DNA from: Massilia sp.
Lineage (GTDB): Bacteria; Pseudomonadota; Gammaproteobacteria; Burkholderiales; Burkholderiaceae_D
DNA length: 64,000 nucleotides
Assembly: GCF_046293535.1 (NCBI RefSeq)
Contig: NZ_JBKBOV010000025.1
Location: forward strand, 6,588 to 70,587
Direction of reading: 5' to 3'
Below, in pieces: positions 20,617 to 31,635 of the stretch. The number at the start of each line of letters is the position of its first letter. Positions within the stretch are counted from its first letter, which is position 1. Below the pieces are notes generated by a model, which was not told the DNA's origin, ran no database searches, and saw only the letters and a list, made by a program, of their open reading frames with translations. Made by a program: the position numbers and the translations under genes.

Positions 20617-21306
20617 ATGAAGATTGCCGTTCTCGAACAAGACCGCAGCCAGGCAGAACTCATTTGCCAGGTGCTGACCGCCGCCGGCCATAGCTGCCAG
20701 CCGTACGACAGCGCCAAGGAATGCCTCGCGCAACTGCGCAAGGAAAATGCGGACATGCTGGTCATGGACTGGAACGTCCCCGACCTCGACGGCGCCGAAG
20801 TGCTGCGCCGCGCCAAGGAAAAGATGGCGGCCAGCGCACCGGTCATTTTCCTGGTCGGTAACAATGCCGAGGACGACATCATCGCCGGCGTCACTGCGGG
20901 CGCCGACGACTACCTGGTCAAGCCGCTGCGCCGCGGCGAGCTGGTGGCGCGCGTCTCGGCCCTGCTGCGCCGCGCCTATCCGTCGCAGAACAGCGCCGAG
21001 CAGCTGCAGTTCGGTCCCTTCACTTTCGAGACCCGCCCGGGGCGCCTGCTCAAGGACGGTTCGATCATCGACGTGACCCAGAAGGAATTCTCGCTGGCGC
21101 TGCTGTTCTTCCGTAACATTGGCCGCCCGCTGTCGCGCGCCTACATCCACGAATCGGTCTGGGTGCGCGATACCGACGTGCCTTCGCGCACCATGGACAC
21201 CCACGTCTCGCGCGTGCGCAACAAGCTCAGCCTGCGCCCGGAAAACGGCTTCCGCCTGGTGCCGGTCTACAGCTATGGCTACCGTCTGGAAAAACTGGGC
21301 GCCTGA
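20617..21306 (+). CDS. OmpR/PhoB-family response regulator (no adjacent kinase)
   Basis: REC domain (VMDW, GADDYLVKP) and winged HTH (RTMDTHVSRVRNKL, VYSYGYRL). Confidence 0.92.
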   Translation: MKIAVLEQDRSQAELICQVLTAAGHSCQPYDSAKECLAQLRKENADMLVMDWNVPDLDGAEVLRRAKEKMAASAPVIFLVGNNAEDDIIAGVTAGADDYLVKPLRRGELVARVSALLRRAYPSQNSAEQLQFGPFTFETRPGRLLKDGSIIDVTQKEFSLALLFFRNIGRPLSRAYIHESVWVRDTDVPSRTMDTHVSRVRNKLSLRPENGFRLVPVYSYGYRLEKLGA

Positions 21307-21413
21307 GTCCTTGTTAGCCTTGCGCTAACACGGTCGGGCGGCCCCGGCGGCCCGCTGAAACCCTGCTCGCGTAAGGGTATAATGAGCGCACACCCGTTCA
21401 CCCCCGCCCCACC

Positions 21414-22700
21414 ATGCAACTGCTTGCCGTTGGCCTGAACCACACGACCGCCCCGGTCTCGCTGCGCGAGCAGCTGGCGCTTGCGCCCGACCAGCTCGGC
21501 CGGGCGGTGCAGGCGGCGCGCGGCTGGTTCGCGCGCCAGGGGGCGCACGGCGGGGCAGGCGGCGGCAACGAAGCGGCCATCCTGTCGACCTGCAACCGCA
21601 CCGAGATGTATGCGGCCAGCGACATCGCCAATCCGCTCGACGCCTCGGCCCAGTTCCTGGCCCACTATCACGCGCTGAACTTCGCCGAACTGCGCCCGCA
21701 CCTCTACATGCTGCCGCAAGACAGCGCGGTGCGCCACGCCTTCCGCGTCGCCTCGGGGCTCGATTCCATGGTGCTGGGCGAGCCGCAGATCCTCGGCCAG
21801 ATGAAAGACGCGGTGCGCACCGCCGAGCAAGCCGGCGGCCTGGGCACCTACCTGCACCAGCTGTTCCAGCGCAGCTTTGCCGTAGCCAAGGAAGTGCGCA
21901 GCACCACCGAGATCGGCGCCCACAGCGTATCGATGGCGGCCGCCGCGGTGCGCCTGTCGCAGCGCATCTTCGACAGCATCGCCGACCAGCACGTGCTGTT
22001 CATCGGCGCCGGCGAAATGATCGAACTGTGCGCCGCCCACTTCGCCGCGCACAACCCGAAGTCCGTCACCATCGCCAACCGCAGCATGGAGCGCGGCCAG
22101 CTTCTCGCCACCCGCTACAACGGCGAAGCGATCCGCCTGGCCGAGCTGCCCGAGCGCCTGCACGGCTTCGACATCGTGATCTCCTGCACCGCCTCGACCC
22201 TGCCCCTGATCGGCCTCGGCATGGTCGAACGCGCGGTCAAGGCGCGCCGCCACCGTCCGGTGTTCATGGTCGACCTGGCGGTGCCGCGCGACATCGAACC
22301 CGAAGTCGCGCGCCTGGACGACGTGTTCCTGTACACCGTGGACGACCTGGCCCAGGTGGTCCAGACCGGCATCGAGAGCCGCCAGGCCGCCGTGGCCCAG
22401 GCCGAAGCCATTATCGAAACGCGCGTGCAGTCCTTCATGCACTGGATCGGCGACCGCGCCATGGTGCCGGTGATCCGCGACCTGCACGAGTCGAGCGAGG
22501 CGCTGCGCCTGGCCGAACTCGAACGCGCACGCAAGCTGCTGGCGCGCGGCGACGACCCCGAGGCCGTGTTAGAGGCGCTGTCCAAGGGCCTGACCGCCAA
22601 GTTCCTGCACGGCCCGCAGCAGGCGCTGCACCATGCCCAGGGCGACGAGCGCGCCCGCCTCGCCAGCCTGCTGCCCCAGCTGTACCGCGGCCGCCGTTAG
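21414..22700 (+). CDS. hemA: glutamyl-tRNA reductase
   Basis: [39 protein letters not shown]. Confidence 0.96.
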   Translation: MQLLAVGLNHTTAPVSLREQLALAPDQLGRAVQAARGWFARQGAHGGAGGGNEAAILSTCNRTEMYAASDIANPLDASAQFLAHYHALNFAELRPHLYMLPQDSAVRHAFRVASGLDSMVLGEPQILGQMKDAVRTAEQAGGLGTYLHQLFQRSFAVAKEVRSTTEIGAHSVSMAAAAVRLSQRIFDSIADQHVLFIGAGEMIELCAAHFAAHNPKSVTIANRSMERGQLLATRYNGEAIRLAELPERLHGFDIVISCTASTLPLIGLGMVERAVKARRHRPVFMVDLAVPRDIEPEVARLDDVFLYTVDDLAQVVQTGIESRQAAVAQAEAIIETRVQSFMHWIGDRAMVPVIRDLHESSEALRLAELERARKLLARGDDPEAVLEALSKGLTAKFLHGPQQALHHAQGDERARLASLLPQLYRGRR

Positions 22701-22784
22701 CGGCCCTTCCCTTTTCTTTCGTCGTGCGCTTCGCTGGAAGCGCGTCCCGGCCGCCCCGCGGCTACCCAGACTATACGAACACCC

Positions 22785-23861
22785 ATGAAACCATCCATGC
22801 TGGCCAAGCTGGACCAACTGGCCAACCGACTCGTCGAACTGGACGAACTCCTGATGTCCGAAGGCGCCACCGCCAACATGGACAGCTACCGCAAGATGAC
22901 CCGCGAGCACGCCGAGCTCTCGCCGCTGGTCGCCCTGTACCGCCAGTACGGCGCGGCGCAGGACGACATCGCGGCCGCGCAGGAGATGGCGCAGGACCCG
23001 GAGATGAAGGACTTCGCCCAGGAAGAAATCGAAGAAGCCAAAGCACGCCTGGCCGCCCTGGAGCTTGATCTCCAAAAAATGCTGCTGCCGAAGGACGAAA
23101 ACGACGAGCGCAACATCTTCCTCGAGATCCGCGCCGGCACCGGCGGCGACGAATCGGCCCTGTTCGCCGGCGACCTGCTGCGCATGTACACCCGCTTCGC
23201 GGAGCGCAACCGCTGGCAGGTCGAGCTGGTGTCGGAATCGCCCTCGGACCTGGGCGGCTACCGCGAAGTCATCGTGCGCATCATCGGCAACGGCGTGTAT
23301 TCGAAGCTGAAGTTCGAATCGGGCGGCCACCGCGTGCAGCGCGTGCCCGCCACCGAGACGCAAGGCCGCATCCACACCTCGGCCTGCACGGTCGCCGTGA
23401 TGCCGGAAGCCGACGAGGTCGAGGACGTGAACATCAACCCGGCCGACCTGCGCATCGACACCTACCGGGCCTCGGGCGCCGGCGGCCAGCACATCAACAA
23501 GACCGACTCCGCGGTGCGCATCACCCACCTGCCCACCGGCATCGTGGTGGAGTGCCAGGACGACCGCAGCCAGCACAAGAACAAGGCGCAGGCGCTGAAG
23601 GTGCTGGCGGCGCGCATCAAGGACGTGCAGCTGCGCGAGCAGCAATCGAAGGAGGCGGCCACCCGCAAGAGCCTGATCGGTTCGGGCGACCGCAGCGAGC
23701 GGATCCGCACCTACAACTTCCCGCAGGGCCGCCTGACCGACCACCGCATCAACCTGACCTTGTACAAGCTGGACTTCATCATGGACGGCGACCTGCTGGA
23801 ACTGACCAATGCGCTGTCGGCCGAGCACCAGGCAGAGCTGCTGGCCGCCCTCGGCGACTGA
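22785..23861 (+). CDS. prfA: peptide chain release factor 1
   Basis: PAT tripeptide (VPATE), [15 protein letters not shown]. Confidence 0.97.
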   Translation: MKPSMLAKLDQLANRLVELDELLMSEGATANMDSYRKMTREHAELSPLVALYRQYGAAQDDIAAAQEMAQDPEMKDFAQEEIEEAKARLAALELDLQKMLLPKDENDERNIFLEIRAGTGGDESALFAGDLLRMYTRFAERNRWQVELVSESPSDLGGYREVIVRIIGNGVYSKLKFESGGHRVQRVPATETQGRIHTSACTVAVMPEADEVEDVNINPADLRIDTYRASGAGGQHINKTDSAVRITHLPTGIVVECQDDRSQHKNKAQALKVLAARIKDVQLREQQSKEAATRKSLIGSGDRSERIRTYNFPQGRLTDHRINLTLYKLDFIMDGDLLELTNALSAEHQAELLAALGD

Positions 23862-23865
23862 TGTT

Positions 23866-23978
23866 GTAGGGTGGACGGCTTCGCCGTCCGCGCGGTGATA
23901 GTTGTCTGCCCCGCTCTCGTGCGGGATGATCTTGCCGCTAACTATCACCGCGTGGGCGGGAAGACCCGCCCACCCTAC
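23866..23978. repeat. GTAG-type REP doublet (REPIN-like)
   Basis: GTAGGGTGGACGGCTTCGCCGTCC...GCGGTGATAGTT / AACTATCACCGC...GGGCGGGAAGACCCGCCCACCCTAC in inverted orientation. Confidence 0.85.
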
Positions 23979-24055
23979 GGTTAAGCAAAGAATAAAGTAG
24001 CCATTCGGGCTTCATGCGAGAATTGCCCCGTCTTCGTACAACACCTATAACAACC

Positions 24056-24535
24056 ATGATGCTGCCCTCCAACCGCCAGATCCTGTTCGCCATCTCCTCG
24101 ATCTGCTTCGCCCTGATCGGCGTCGCCCTCTACCTGCAGCACGTCCACGACATGCTGCCTTGTCCGCTGTGCGTGATCCAGCGCTACATGTTCCTGGGCG
24201 TCGGCGTGGCCAGCCTGGTGGGAGCCATCAGCGGGAAGGTGCGCGAAGGCACGGTGCTGGCGCTGCTGGCGGCGCTGGGCGGCCTGTATACGGTCGGCAA
24301 GCACCTGTACGTGATCGCCAACCCGGGCTTCAGCTGCGGCATCGACCCGATGGAGACCTTCCTCAACAAGATCCCCACCGCCGAATACCTGCCCTGGCTG
24401 TTCCGCGCCGACGGCCTGTGCGCAGGCGCCACCGACGGCATCATGGGCCTGGCGATCCCGCAGTGGTCGGCGATCTGGTTCGTGGTGCTGACCGTGCTGC
24501 TGGCCTTCGTCCTGCTGCGCAAGAAGCGCGCATGA
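24056..24535 (+). CDS. dsbB: disulfide bond formation protein B
   Basis: PCPLCVIQR CxxC motif, second Cys pair (SCG...GLC), 4 TM. Confidence 0.9.
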   Translation: MMLPSNRQILFAISSICFALIGVALYLQHVHDMLPCPLCVIQRYMFLGVGVASLVGAISGKVREGTVLALLAALGGLYTVGKHLYVIANPGFSCGIDPMETFLNKIPTAEYLPWLFRADGLCAGATDGIMGLAIPQWSAIWFVVLTVLLAFVLLRKKRA

Positions 24536-25359
24536 CGCACGCCATCCAGGCCGGGACGACCATCCGCCAGCTGCTGGCCGCCCTGCCGCTCGACCCGCTC
24601 GAAAACCGCATCCTGCTGTGCCACGCGCTGGGGATGTCGCGCGTGGCCCTGATCACCCAGTCCGAACGCACACTGGATGAGGATGAAGCGGCGCGTCTCG
24701 GCGCGCTGGTGCGGCGGCGCCTGGCCGGCGAACCGATCGCTTACATCGTCGGCGAACGCGAATTCTTCGGCCTGTCCTTCCGGGTCGGCCCGGGTGTCCT
24801 GATCCCGCGCCCCGATACCGAACTGATCGTCGAGCTCAGCCTCGAGCGCCTGCCGCCGCGCGGCCGCCTGCTCGACATGGGCACCGGCAGCGGCGCCATC
24901 GCCGTGGCCTGCGCCCACTCGCGCCGCGATGCCAGCGTCACCGCGCTCGACCTCAGCGAAGACGCGCTCGCCATCGCGCGCGCCAACGCCGCGGCCAATG
25001 GCGCGCAGGTGCGCTTCCTGCGCAGCGACTGGTTCGCCGGCGTGCAAGGGGAACGCTTCGAACTGATCGCCTCCAACCCACCCTATATCGCCGCCGGCGA
25101 CGCGCACCTGTCGCAGGGCGACCTGCGCTTCGAACCCGTCGGCGCGCTCACCGACCACGCCGACGGCCTGTCGGCCCTGCGCAACATCGTCGAGGGTGCC
25201 CCCGAGCACCTGGAAGCGGGCGGCTGGCTGCTGCTCGAGCATGGCTACGACCAGGCCGGGGCCGTGCGCGCCCTGCTGGCGGCGCGCGGTTTCCTTGACG
25301 TACAAAGCTGGCGCGACCTGGCCGGCATCGAGCGTGTCAGCGGCGGCCGCCTATCCTGA
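24532..25359 (+). CDS. prmC: release factor glutamine methyltransferase
   Basis: GEPIAYIVG, VLIPRPDTE, DMGTGSG, SNPPYI; ATGA overlap with dsbB. Confidence 0.95.
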   Translation: MTHAIQAGTTIRQLLAALPLDPLENRILLCHALGMSRVALITQSERTLDEDEAARLGALVRRRLAGEPIAYIVGEREFFGLSFRVGPGVLIPRPDTELIVELSLERLPPRGRLLDMGTGSGAIAVACAHSRRDASVTALDLSEDALAIARANAAANGAQVRFLRSDWFAGVQGERFELIASNPPYIAAGDAHLSQGDLRFEPVGALTDHADGLSALRNIVEGAPEHLEAGGWLLLEHGYDQAGAVRALLAARGFLDVQSWRDLAGIERVSGGRLS

Positions 25360-25417
25360 CGGGCGCGCCGCCGGGACCGATCTTGCTAAAATGACCAGCC
25401 CACACCTTGGGCCCGGC

Positions 25418-27217
25418 ATGCGCAAACTGTTCGTCTCGATCGTCCTGCTCGCTCCCTTCGTCTGCGGCGCCGCCGACACGACGACCGACGCCGCGCGCCT
25501 GCTGTTCGAGCGCGAATGGCAGTGGCAGCTGCGCCAGCAGCCCGAGTTCGCGACCGCCATCGGCGAACACCGATTCGACGCCACCCTGAGCGACACCAGC
25601 CTGGCCGCACGCGCCGCGGCCGTCGAGCACACGCGCCAGGTCTTGCAGGAAGTACGCCAGCTCGACCGCGCCAAACTCGCCGACCAGGACCGGCTCTCCT
25701 ACGACCTGTTCATCGCCCAGCGCGAACAGCGCCTGGCGGCCAATGCCTTCACGCCCTTCGATCCGCAAGCGCTCAACGGCGTCGACGGCCTGCATGTGCG
25801 CCTGCCCCGCCTGGTCGCCGCGATGCCCTTCACCAGCGAACCTGACTACCGCAATTACCTGGCGCGCCTCGCGGCCCTGCCCGCGCACGTGGACGGCCTG
25901 GTCGAGCAGCTGCGCGCCGCCATGCACGCCGGCTGGACCCAGCCGAAATCCGTGATGGCGCCGGTCCCGGCGGCCCTGCACGCGCTGCACGAGGAGATCG
26001 CCACCGGCGCCCTGTTCGCACCTTTCCTGCGCATTCCCGCGACGATCGAGCCGGAGGCAAGGGAAAAGCTGCTGGTGGACGGCATCTCGGCGCTGGCGAA
26101 TGCCGCCCAGGCCCTGCACCGGCTGGAGGAGTTCGTGCGCCTGGAGTACTTGCCGGCGGCGCGCGAGACCATCGGCGCGTCCAGCCTGCCGGGCGGCGCC
26201 GACTGGTACGCCTTCCTGGTGCGCCATGCCACCACCACCCGCCTCACGCCGGCCCAGGTGCACGCGATCGGCCTGCGCGAAGTCGCGCGCCTGCGCGCCG
26301 AGATGGCCGCGCTGGTGCCGCGCACCGGTTTTCGCGGCAACCTGGCGCAGTTCCTGAGCTTCGCACGCACCGACCGGCGCCTGTTCTTCCAGGACCAGGA
26401 AGCCCTGCTGGCGCGCTACCGCAAGGCGGTGGCGCGCGCCAGCGCCAAGCTGCCCCAGGTCGTGACGACGGTGCCGGAGGCCGGCATCGCGGTCAAGCCG
26501 ATGTCCGCGGAAGGCCCGGGCCAGCCGCTCGCCTATTACGAAGGCGGCAACGCAAGCCGCAGCGCCGCGCTGGTGGTGAACGTGGCGCAGCCCGGCCAGC
26601 GGCCGGTGTGGCAGGTCGACAGCGTGGCCCTGCACGAGGCGCTGCCGGGCCACCACCTGCAGGTGGCGCGCGCCCAGGAGCTCGCGTTGCCGGCCTTCCG
26701 CCGCCACGGCTGGTACCAGGCCTTCGGCGAAGGCTGGGCCACCTATGCCGAGGGCCTCGGCCCGGAACTGGGCTTCTTCCAGGACCCGTTCTCGCGTTTC
26801 GGCCACCTGAACGAAGAGATGCTGCGCGCGGCGCGCCTGGTGGTGGACACCGGCATCCACCTGCTTGGCTGGTCGCGCAAGGGCGCGCTCGACTACCTGA
26901 ACGCCCACACCGCCAATCCGCCGCTCGACAACGAGGCGGAAGTCGAGCGCATCATCGCCCAGCCGGCGCAGGCGCTCGGCTACAAGATCGGCCAAATGCG
27001 CATCGCCGCGCTGCGCGAGCGCGCCGCCGGCGTGCTGGGGCGGCGTTTCGACCTGCGGCGCTTCCACGATACGGTGCTGGGCAGCGGCGCCCTGCCGCTG
27101 GACGAACTGCAGCGCCAGGTCGAGCGCTGGATCGCGGCCGAACAGGCGCCGGCGAAGGCGCCGGAAACAGCGAAACCGCCGTCGCCTACCCCTGTCCCCG
27201 GCTCCCCCAAAGAATGA
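25418..27217 (+). CDS. DUF885 family exported protein (putative metallopeptidase)
   Basis: Signal peptide, LHEALPGHHLQ, EGWATYAE, RAARLVVDTGIH, PAQALGYKIG. Confidence 0.87.
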   Translation: MRKLFVSIVLLAPFVCGAADTTTDAARLLFEREWQWQLRQQPEFATAIGEHRFDATLSDTSLAARAAAVEHTRQVLQEVRQLDRAKLADQDRLSYDLFIAQREQRLAANAFTPFDPQALNGVDGLHVRLPRLVAAMPFTSEPDYRNYLARLAALPAHVDGLVEQLRAAMHAGWTQPKSVMAPVPAALHALHEEIATGALFAPFLRIPATIEPEAREKLLVDGISALANAAQALHRLEEFVRLEYLPAARETIGASSLPGGADWYAFLVRHATTTRLTPAQVHAIGLREVARLRAEMAALVPRTGFRGNLAQFLSFARTDRRLFFQDQEALLARYRKAVARASAKLPQVVTTVPEAGIAVKPMSAEGPGQPLAYYEGGNASRSAALVVNVAQPGQRPVWQVDSVALHEALPGHHLQVARAQELALPAFRRHGWYQAFGEGWATYAEGLGPELGFFQDPFSRFGHLNEEMLRAARLVVDTGIHLLGWSRKGALDYLNAHTANPPLDNEAEVERIIAQPAQALGYKIGQMRIAALRERAAGVLGRRFDLRRFHDTVLGSGALPLDELQRQVERWIAAEQAPAKAPETAKPPSPTPVPGSPKE

Positions 27218-27301
27218 GGCGGTCGCCGACGCTTTCCGCGTTTTTCGGTTACTCTCTGCTCCAATCGAATTGGTAGTACAAGAAAGGAAACACCCGTGGG
27301 T

Positions 27302-28906
27302 ATGCAACCAGAGCCGAACCAACTCCAGCGCCGCCTGGCCCTGCTCGACGACGATGAGCACCGCGCCCTGCTCGGACAGGGCCTGCGCGGCATCGAACGC
27401 GAAACCCTGCGCGTCGACCACGGCGGCCACCTGGCGCGCACCCCGCATCCGGTCGAGCTCGGTTCGGCACTGACCCATCCGCAGATCACCACCGACTACG
27501 CCGAAGCCCTGCTGGAGTTCATCACGCCGGCCGAGCACGACATCTCGGTGGTACTGAACCACCTGGACGCCATCCACCGCTTCGCGCATGCGCGCCTGAA
27601 GGGCGAGATGCTGTGGAGCGTCTCGATGCCGGGCGAACTGCCGCCGGAACAAGACATCGAGATCGCCTGGTACGGCAAGTCGAACATCGGCATGCTCAAG
27701 CACGTCTACCGGCGCGGCCTGGCGCTGCGCTACGGGAAGGCGATGCAGTGCATCGCGGGCATCCATTACAACTACTCGCTGCCGGAAAAGCTGTGGCAGC
27801 TGGTGGCCGCCAGCGAAGGCATCGCGGAAGAACGCCGCCATGCGCTGCGCGACTTCCAGTCCGAGAGCTACATCGCGATGATCCGCAACTTCCGGCGCTA
27901 CAGCTGGCTCTTGATGTACCTGTTCGGCGCCACCCCGGCCCTGAGCACCAGCTTCCTGCGCGGCCGCCCGCACAAGCTGGAAACGCTGTCCGACGACACC
28001 CTCTACCTGCCCTACGCGACCAGCCTGCGCATGAGCGACCTGGGTTACCAGAACGACGCCCAGTCCGGCCTGCGCCCGCACGAGAACAGCCTGGAGAGCT
28101 ACGTCACCAGCCTGATGGCGGCCGTGAACACGCCCTATGAACCGTATGCGGCGCTCGGCACCAAGCGCGATGGCGAATGGATCCAGCTGTCGACCAACGT
28201 GCTGCAGATCGAGAACGAGTATTACTCGACGATCCGCCCGAAACGCGTGATCCGCACCGGCGAGCGTCCGGTGCAGGCGCTGTGCAACCGCGGGGTGCAG
28301 TACATCGAGGTGCGCTGCCTCGACGTCGACCCGTTCGAGCCGGTCGGCATCAGCCTGGAAACCGGCCGCTTCCTCGACGCCTTCCTGCTGTTCTGCGCCT
28401 TCGAAGAGAGCCCCCTGATCAGCGCCCACGAAGGCCAGGTCCATGCGCGCAACTTCGCCCGCACCGTCAAGGAAGGCCGCGACCCGGCCTTGACGCTCAC
28501 CCGCGACGGCATCGAAGTGCCGCTCAAGGACTGGGCGCTGGAACTCGTCGAGCGCATCCGCCCGGTGGCGCAGCTGCTCGACGACCAGCACAACGACGGC
28601 AACGTGCACGAGTCTTCGCTCAACCTGCAGAAGGCCAAGATCATCAACCCGGCGCTGACCCCGTCGGCGCGGGTGCTGGAAGAGATCCGCAGCCTCGGCT
28701 CGGCCACCGCCTTCGGCCTGCGCCAGAGCGAGCTGCACGCCGCGAGCTTCAAGGACAGCCCCTTGATGCCGGCCGAGGAAGCCCTGTTCGACGAACTGGC
28801 CCGCAAGTCGCTGGACGAACAGGCCGCGATCGAACAGCAGGACAGCGGCAGCTTCGACGATTTCGTCGCCGCCTACAACAGCAGCAAACTGTGCAGCAAC
28901 CAGTAA
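27302..28906 (+). CDS. gshA: glutamate--cysteine ligase
   Basis: [58 protein letters not shown]. Confidence 0.96.
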   Translation: MQPEPNQLQRRLALLDDDEHRALLGQGLRGIERETLRVDHGGHLARTPHPVELGSALTHPQITTDYAEALLEFITPAEHDISVVLNHLDAIHRFAHARLKGEMLWSVSMPGELPPEQDIEIAWYGKSNIGMLKHVYRRGLALRYGKAMQCIAGIHYNYSLPEKLWQLVAASEGIAEERRHALRDFQSESYIAMIRNFRRYSWLLMYLFGATPALSTSFLRGRPHKLETLSDDTLYLPYATSLRMSDLGYQNDAQSGLRPHENSLESYVTSLMAAVNTPYEPYAALGTKRDGEWIQLSTNVLQIENEYYSTIRPKRVIRTGERPVQALCNRGVQYIEVRCLDVDPFEPVGISLETGRFLDAFLLFCAFEESPLISAHEGQVHARNFARTVKEGRDPALTLTRDGIEVPLKDWALELVERIRPVAQLLDDQHNDGNVHESSLNLQKAKIINPALTPSARVLEEIRSLGSATAFGLRQSELHAASFKDSPLMPAEEALFDELARKSLDEQAAIEQQDSGSFDDFVAAYNSSKLCSNQ

Positions 28907-28936
28907 AAGCGCTCCAAGGCCGATATCATCCCGCGC

Positions 28937-29929
28937 ATGCTCACGTTCTACAACGAACACCACGCCCGGCAAGGCGCCTGCGCCGAGCCGGCGCCGTGGG
29001 ACGAGCAGCCTGACGCGGTCGCGCTGACGCTGGCGGAACTCGAGCGGCGCGGCCTGGGCCGCATCGTCACCCCGCACGGCGTGCCGCTGGTCTCGCTCGA
29101 GCGCGTGCACACGCCGCGCTACCTGCACTTCCTGCGCACGGCGTGGAACGCATGGAGCACCTTTGACGCGAGCGCCGATGCCGGCAAGCCGCTGCTGCCG
29201 GCCCTGTGGCCGCCGCGCGGCGCGCCGGGCGAGCCGGAGCCGGAGGACTTGTTTGCCCGCCTCGGCCTGTTCGCGTCCGACGCCCGCACGCCCATCACGG
29301 AAGGCAGCTGGAGCGCGGCCAGGCTGGGCGCCGACTGCGCCATCAATGCCGCGCACGCGCTGCGCCTGGGCGAGCGCGCCAGCTTCGCGCTGACGCGGCC
29401 GGCAGGCCAGCATGCGCGCGCCGAGGGCTTCGGCGGCGGTTGCTTCCTGAACAATGCCGCGCTGGCGGCCCAGCACCTGCTGGACGACGGCCTGGGACGG
29501 GTGGCGATCCTCGACATCGCCCGCCACCACGGCCACGGCACCCAGGACATCTTCTATGCGCGCGCCGAGGTGCTGTTCGTGTCGATCCACCTCGACCCGC
29601 GCCAGGCCTACCCCTTCTATGCCGGCCATGCCGGCGAACAGGGCGCGGGCGCGGGGCTGGGGGCCAACATGAACCTGCCGCTGGCCCCGGATTGCGGCAG
29701 CGCTTCTTGGTTCGCGGCGCTGGAAACGGCCAGCGTCAAGCTGGCGATGTTCCGGCCCGAGGCCCTGGTGGTCTCGCTGGGCGGTCCCGCACCCGGCTTC
29801 GGACTGCAGGGGGGCGACCTGCTGCGCATCGGCGAGCGCATCGCCCATCTCGGCCTGCCCACCATCTTCGTGTTCGAAGGCGGCGCCGGCACCGTCAACG
29901 TCCTCGAAGGTTTCGAAACCGCCGCGTGA
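28937..29929 (+). CDS. histone deacetylase/acetylpolyamine amidohydrolase-family protein with degenerate active site
   Basis: APAH-like scaffold (ERVHTPRYL, TPITEGSW, GGCFLNNAA, HHGHGTQDIFY), but RPAGQHA, DIARHH, SLGGP and EGGA replace catalytic motifs. Confidence 0.85.
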   Translation: MLTFYNEHHARQGACAEPAPWDEQPDAVALTLAELERRGLGRIVTPHGVPLVSLERVHTPRYLHFLRTAWNAWSTFDASADAGKPLLPALWPPRGAPGEPEPEDLFARLGLFASDARTPITEGSWSAARLGADCAINAAHALRLGERASFALTRPAGQHARAEGFGGGCFLNNAALAAQHLLDDGLGRVAILDIARHHGHGTQDIFYARAEVLFVSIHLDPRQAYPFYAGHAGEQGAGAGLGANMNLPLAPDCGSASWFAALETASVKLAMFRPEALVVSLGGPAPGFGLQGGDLLRIGERIAHLGLPTIFVFEGGAGTVNVLEGFETAA

Positions 29930-29969
29930 GCACCCCGCCGCGCGGCCCCTCACCATCCCGACTTATCCC

Positions 29970-30422
29970 ATGATCGACTGGCAGTTCTCCCATTTCAACG
30001 ACCTCAGTCCCGCCGCGCTGTACGAGGTGCTGGCCCAGCGCCAGGACGTGTTCATCCTCGAGCAGACCTGCCTCTACCCCGACATCGACGGCCTCGACCC
30101 GGTGGCGCACCACCTGCTGGGCTGGCGCACGGTCGACGGCGAGCGCCGGCTGGCCGCCTACCTGCGCGTGCTGGGCCCGGGCGTGAAGTACCCGGAGATG
30201 TCGCTTGGCCGCGTCATCACGACCAAGGCCGCGCGCGGCAGCGGCGCCGGCCGCGCCCTGCTGGCGGAAGGCATCGCGCGGGCCGAAGCGCTGTATCCAG
30301 GCCACCGCATCCGCATCGGGGCCCAGCAATACCTGGAAAAGTTCTACCAGGGCTTCGGCTTCGAGACCGTCTCGGCGCCGTATGACGAGGACGGCATCAT
30401 GCACATCGACATGCTGCGTTAA
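29970..30422 (+). CDS. GNAT family N-acetyltransferase (ElaA-like)
   Basis: LYEVLAQRQDVFILEQ, YPDIDGLD, SLGRVIT, RGSGAG, AQQYLEKFY. Confidence 0.9.
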   Translation: MIDWQFSHFNDLSPAALYEVLAQRQDVFILEQTCLYPDIDGLDPVAHHLLGWRTVDGERRLAAYLRVLGPGVKYPEMSLGRVITTKAARGSGAGRALLAEGIARAEALYPGHRIRIGAQQYLEKFYQGFGFETVSAPYDEDGIMHIDMLR

Positions 30423-31516
30423 GCAGGCTGGGAAAAGCGCAGGCTGTCGCGCCTGCCCGTCCTGCGCCGCCCCGCCAGCAGGACCAGCCCGGCCGTCAGC
30501 AGCGCATAGCTGCCCGGCTCGGGCACCGCGGAGACCAGGTCGAGCCGCACCGACAGGCACTCGTCGTCCCGGCAGGCCTTGCCGAGGATCTGCCGGGCGT
30601 CGTTGATGTCGTAGGCTTCGACGATCCTCCAGCCGTCCGCGCCCTCGACCAGCCGATCCAGGCTGATCAGATCGCCGCCGGTGTAGAGAAACGCGTCCTT
30701 CGGCTCGCCCACACCGGACTGCGTCCAGCCGACTACCATCCCCGCGTTGTTGATGGCAATGGCTTCGCCTCCGGCATAGTAGTCGTAGCGGCCCAGCAGG
30801 CGCATGGCGCCGTCGGCGTAGATGAAAGGCAGCCGGTCTTGCGTTTCGTCCGTGGTCCAGCCGACGACCTGGCCGGCATCGTTGATGTCGTTGGCAAAGC
30901 TGTCCCAGCCTCCGAGAGTGCCGAGGTCGACCATGGTTCCGTCCTGGTACAGGAAGGCGTGTCCGGTCCAGCGGTCCTGGGCCCCTGCGTAGGTCGAGCC
31001 GCCCACGACCTGTCCGCGCTTGTTGATCGCCGCCGCGACCGACCAGGTCGGCATGCCGCTCAAGGTGCCGAGCATGCGTACGCTGCCATTCGCATCGACC
31101 CAGGCATGCCCGCCGCCTCCGAGGGTGGCGTATTCGCCGGCCACCTGGCCCAGGTCGTTGAGAGCGTTGGCGCGCCCGGCCTGGAATTCGTCGAGCTCGG
31201 GCCCAGCATGCCGCACCAGGCCGGAGGTATGGAGGAAGGGCCGGCCATACTCTCCGTACAGGGAGCCGGCGACATCACCACGGTTGTTGATCGCGTAGGC
31301 GTAGCTGTCCGGCCCGAGTCCGAGATCGATGAGCGCACTGCCGTTCCAGATGCCCGCGCCCGCACTGCTGTTGCCGACAATATGGCCGGCGCCGTTCATG
31401 GCCCTGCCATCGAAGCCCGCCGGCAGGAAGGACATCGAGTAGATCGGTTCCGCCAGCGCCACGAACGGGCAGGCCAGCATTGCCAGCAAGCATCCACGAA
31501 AAATTTTTCCAATCAT
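30419..31516 (-). CDS. HAF-repeat extracellular protein with C-terminal PEP-CTERM sorting signal
   Basis: Signal peptide, HAFLY..GTMVDLGTLGG repeats, VPEPGSYALLTAGLVLLAGRRR tail. Confidence 0.88.
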   Translation of the reverse strand: MIGKIFRGCLLAMLACPFVALAEPIYSMSFLPAGFDGRAMNGAGHIVGNSSAGAGIWNGSALIDLGLGPDSYAYAINNRGDVAGSLYGEYGRPFLHTSGLVRHAGPELDEFQAGRANALNDLGQVAGEYATLGGGGHAWVDANGSVRMLGTLSGMPTWSVAAAINKRGQVVGGSTYAGAQDRWTGHAFLYQDGTMVDLGTLGGWDSFANDINDAGQVVGWTTDETQDRLPFIYADGAMRLLGRYDYYAGGEAIAINNAGMVVGWTQSGVGEPKDAFLYTGGDLISLDRLVEGADGWRIVEAYDINDARQILGKACRDDECLSVRLDLVSAVPEPGSYALLTAGLVLLAGRRRTGRRDSLRFSQPA

Positions 31517-31635
31517 GATCGCCTCTTGGCCTTATCGGAAGAACAAGCTTGAGGCATGCATGAATGGAGACTCTGCGCTAGCTCAGGCGGGCACGGGAAG
31601 CGCCGGCGCAGCGGCGCCTCCCGATGGCGGAGGGA

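Noticed and set aside
20617-21306. Orphan response regulator as part of a novel system
   Set aside because: Ordinary OmpR-type regulator; orphan regulators are common and no link to the island is visible.
25337-29956. 1539-aa minus-strand ORF and the many other long overlapping ORFs in the track
   Set aside because: Shadow frames of GC-rich genes (DUF885, gshA, deacetylase-like); low-complexity Ala/Arg/Gly translations with no motifs.
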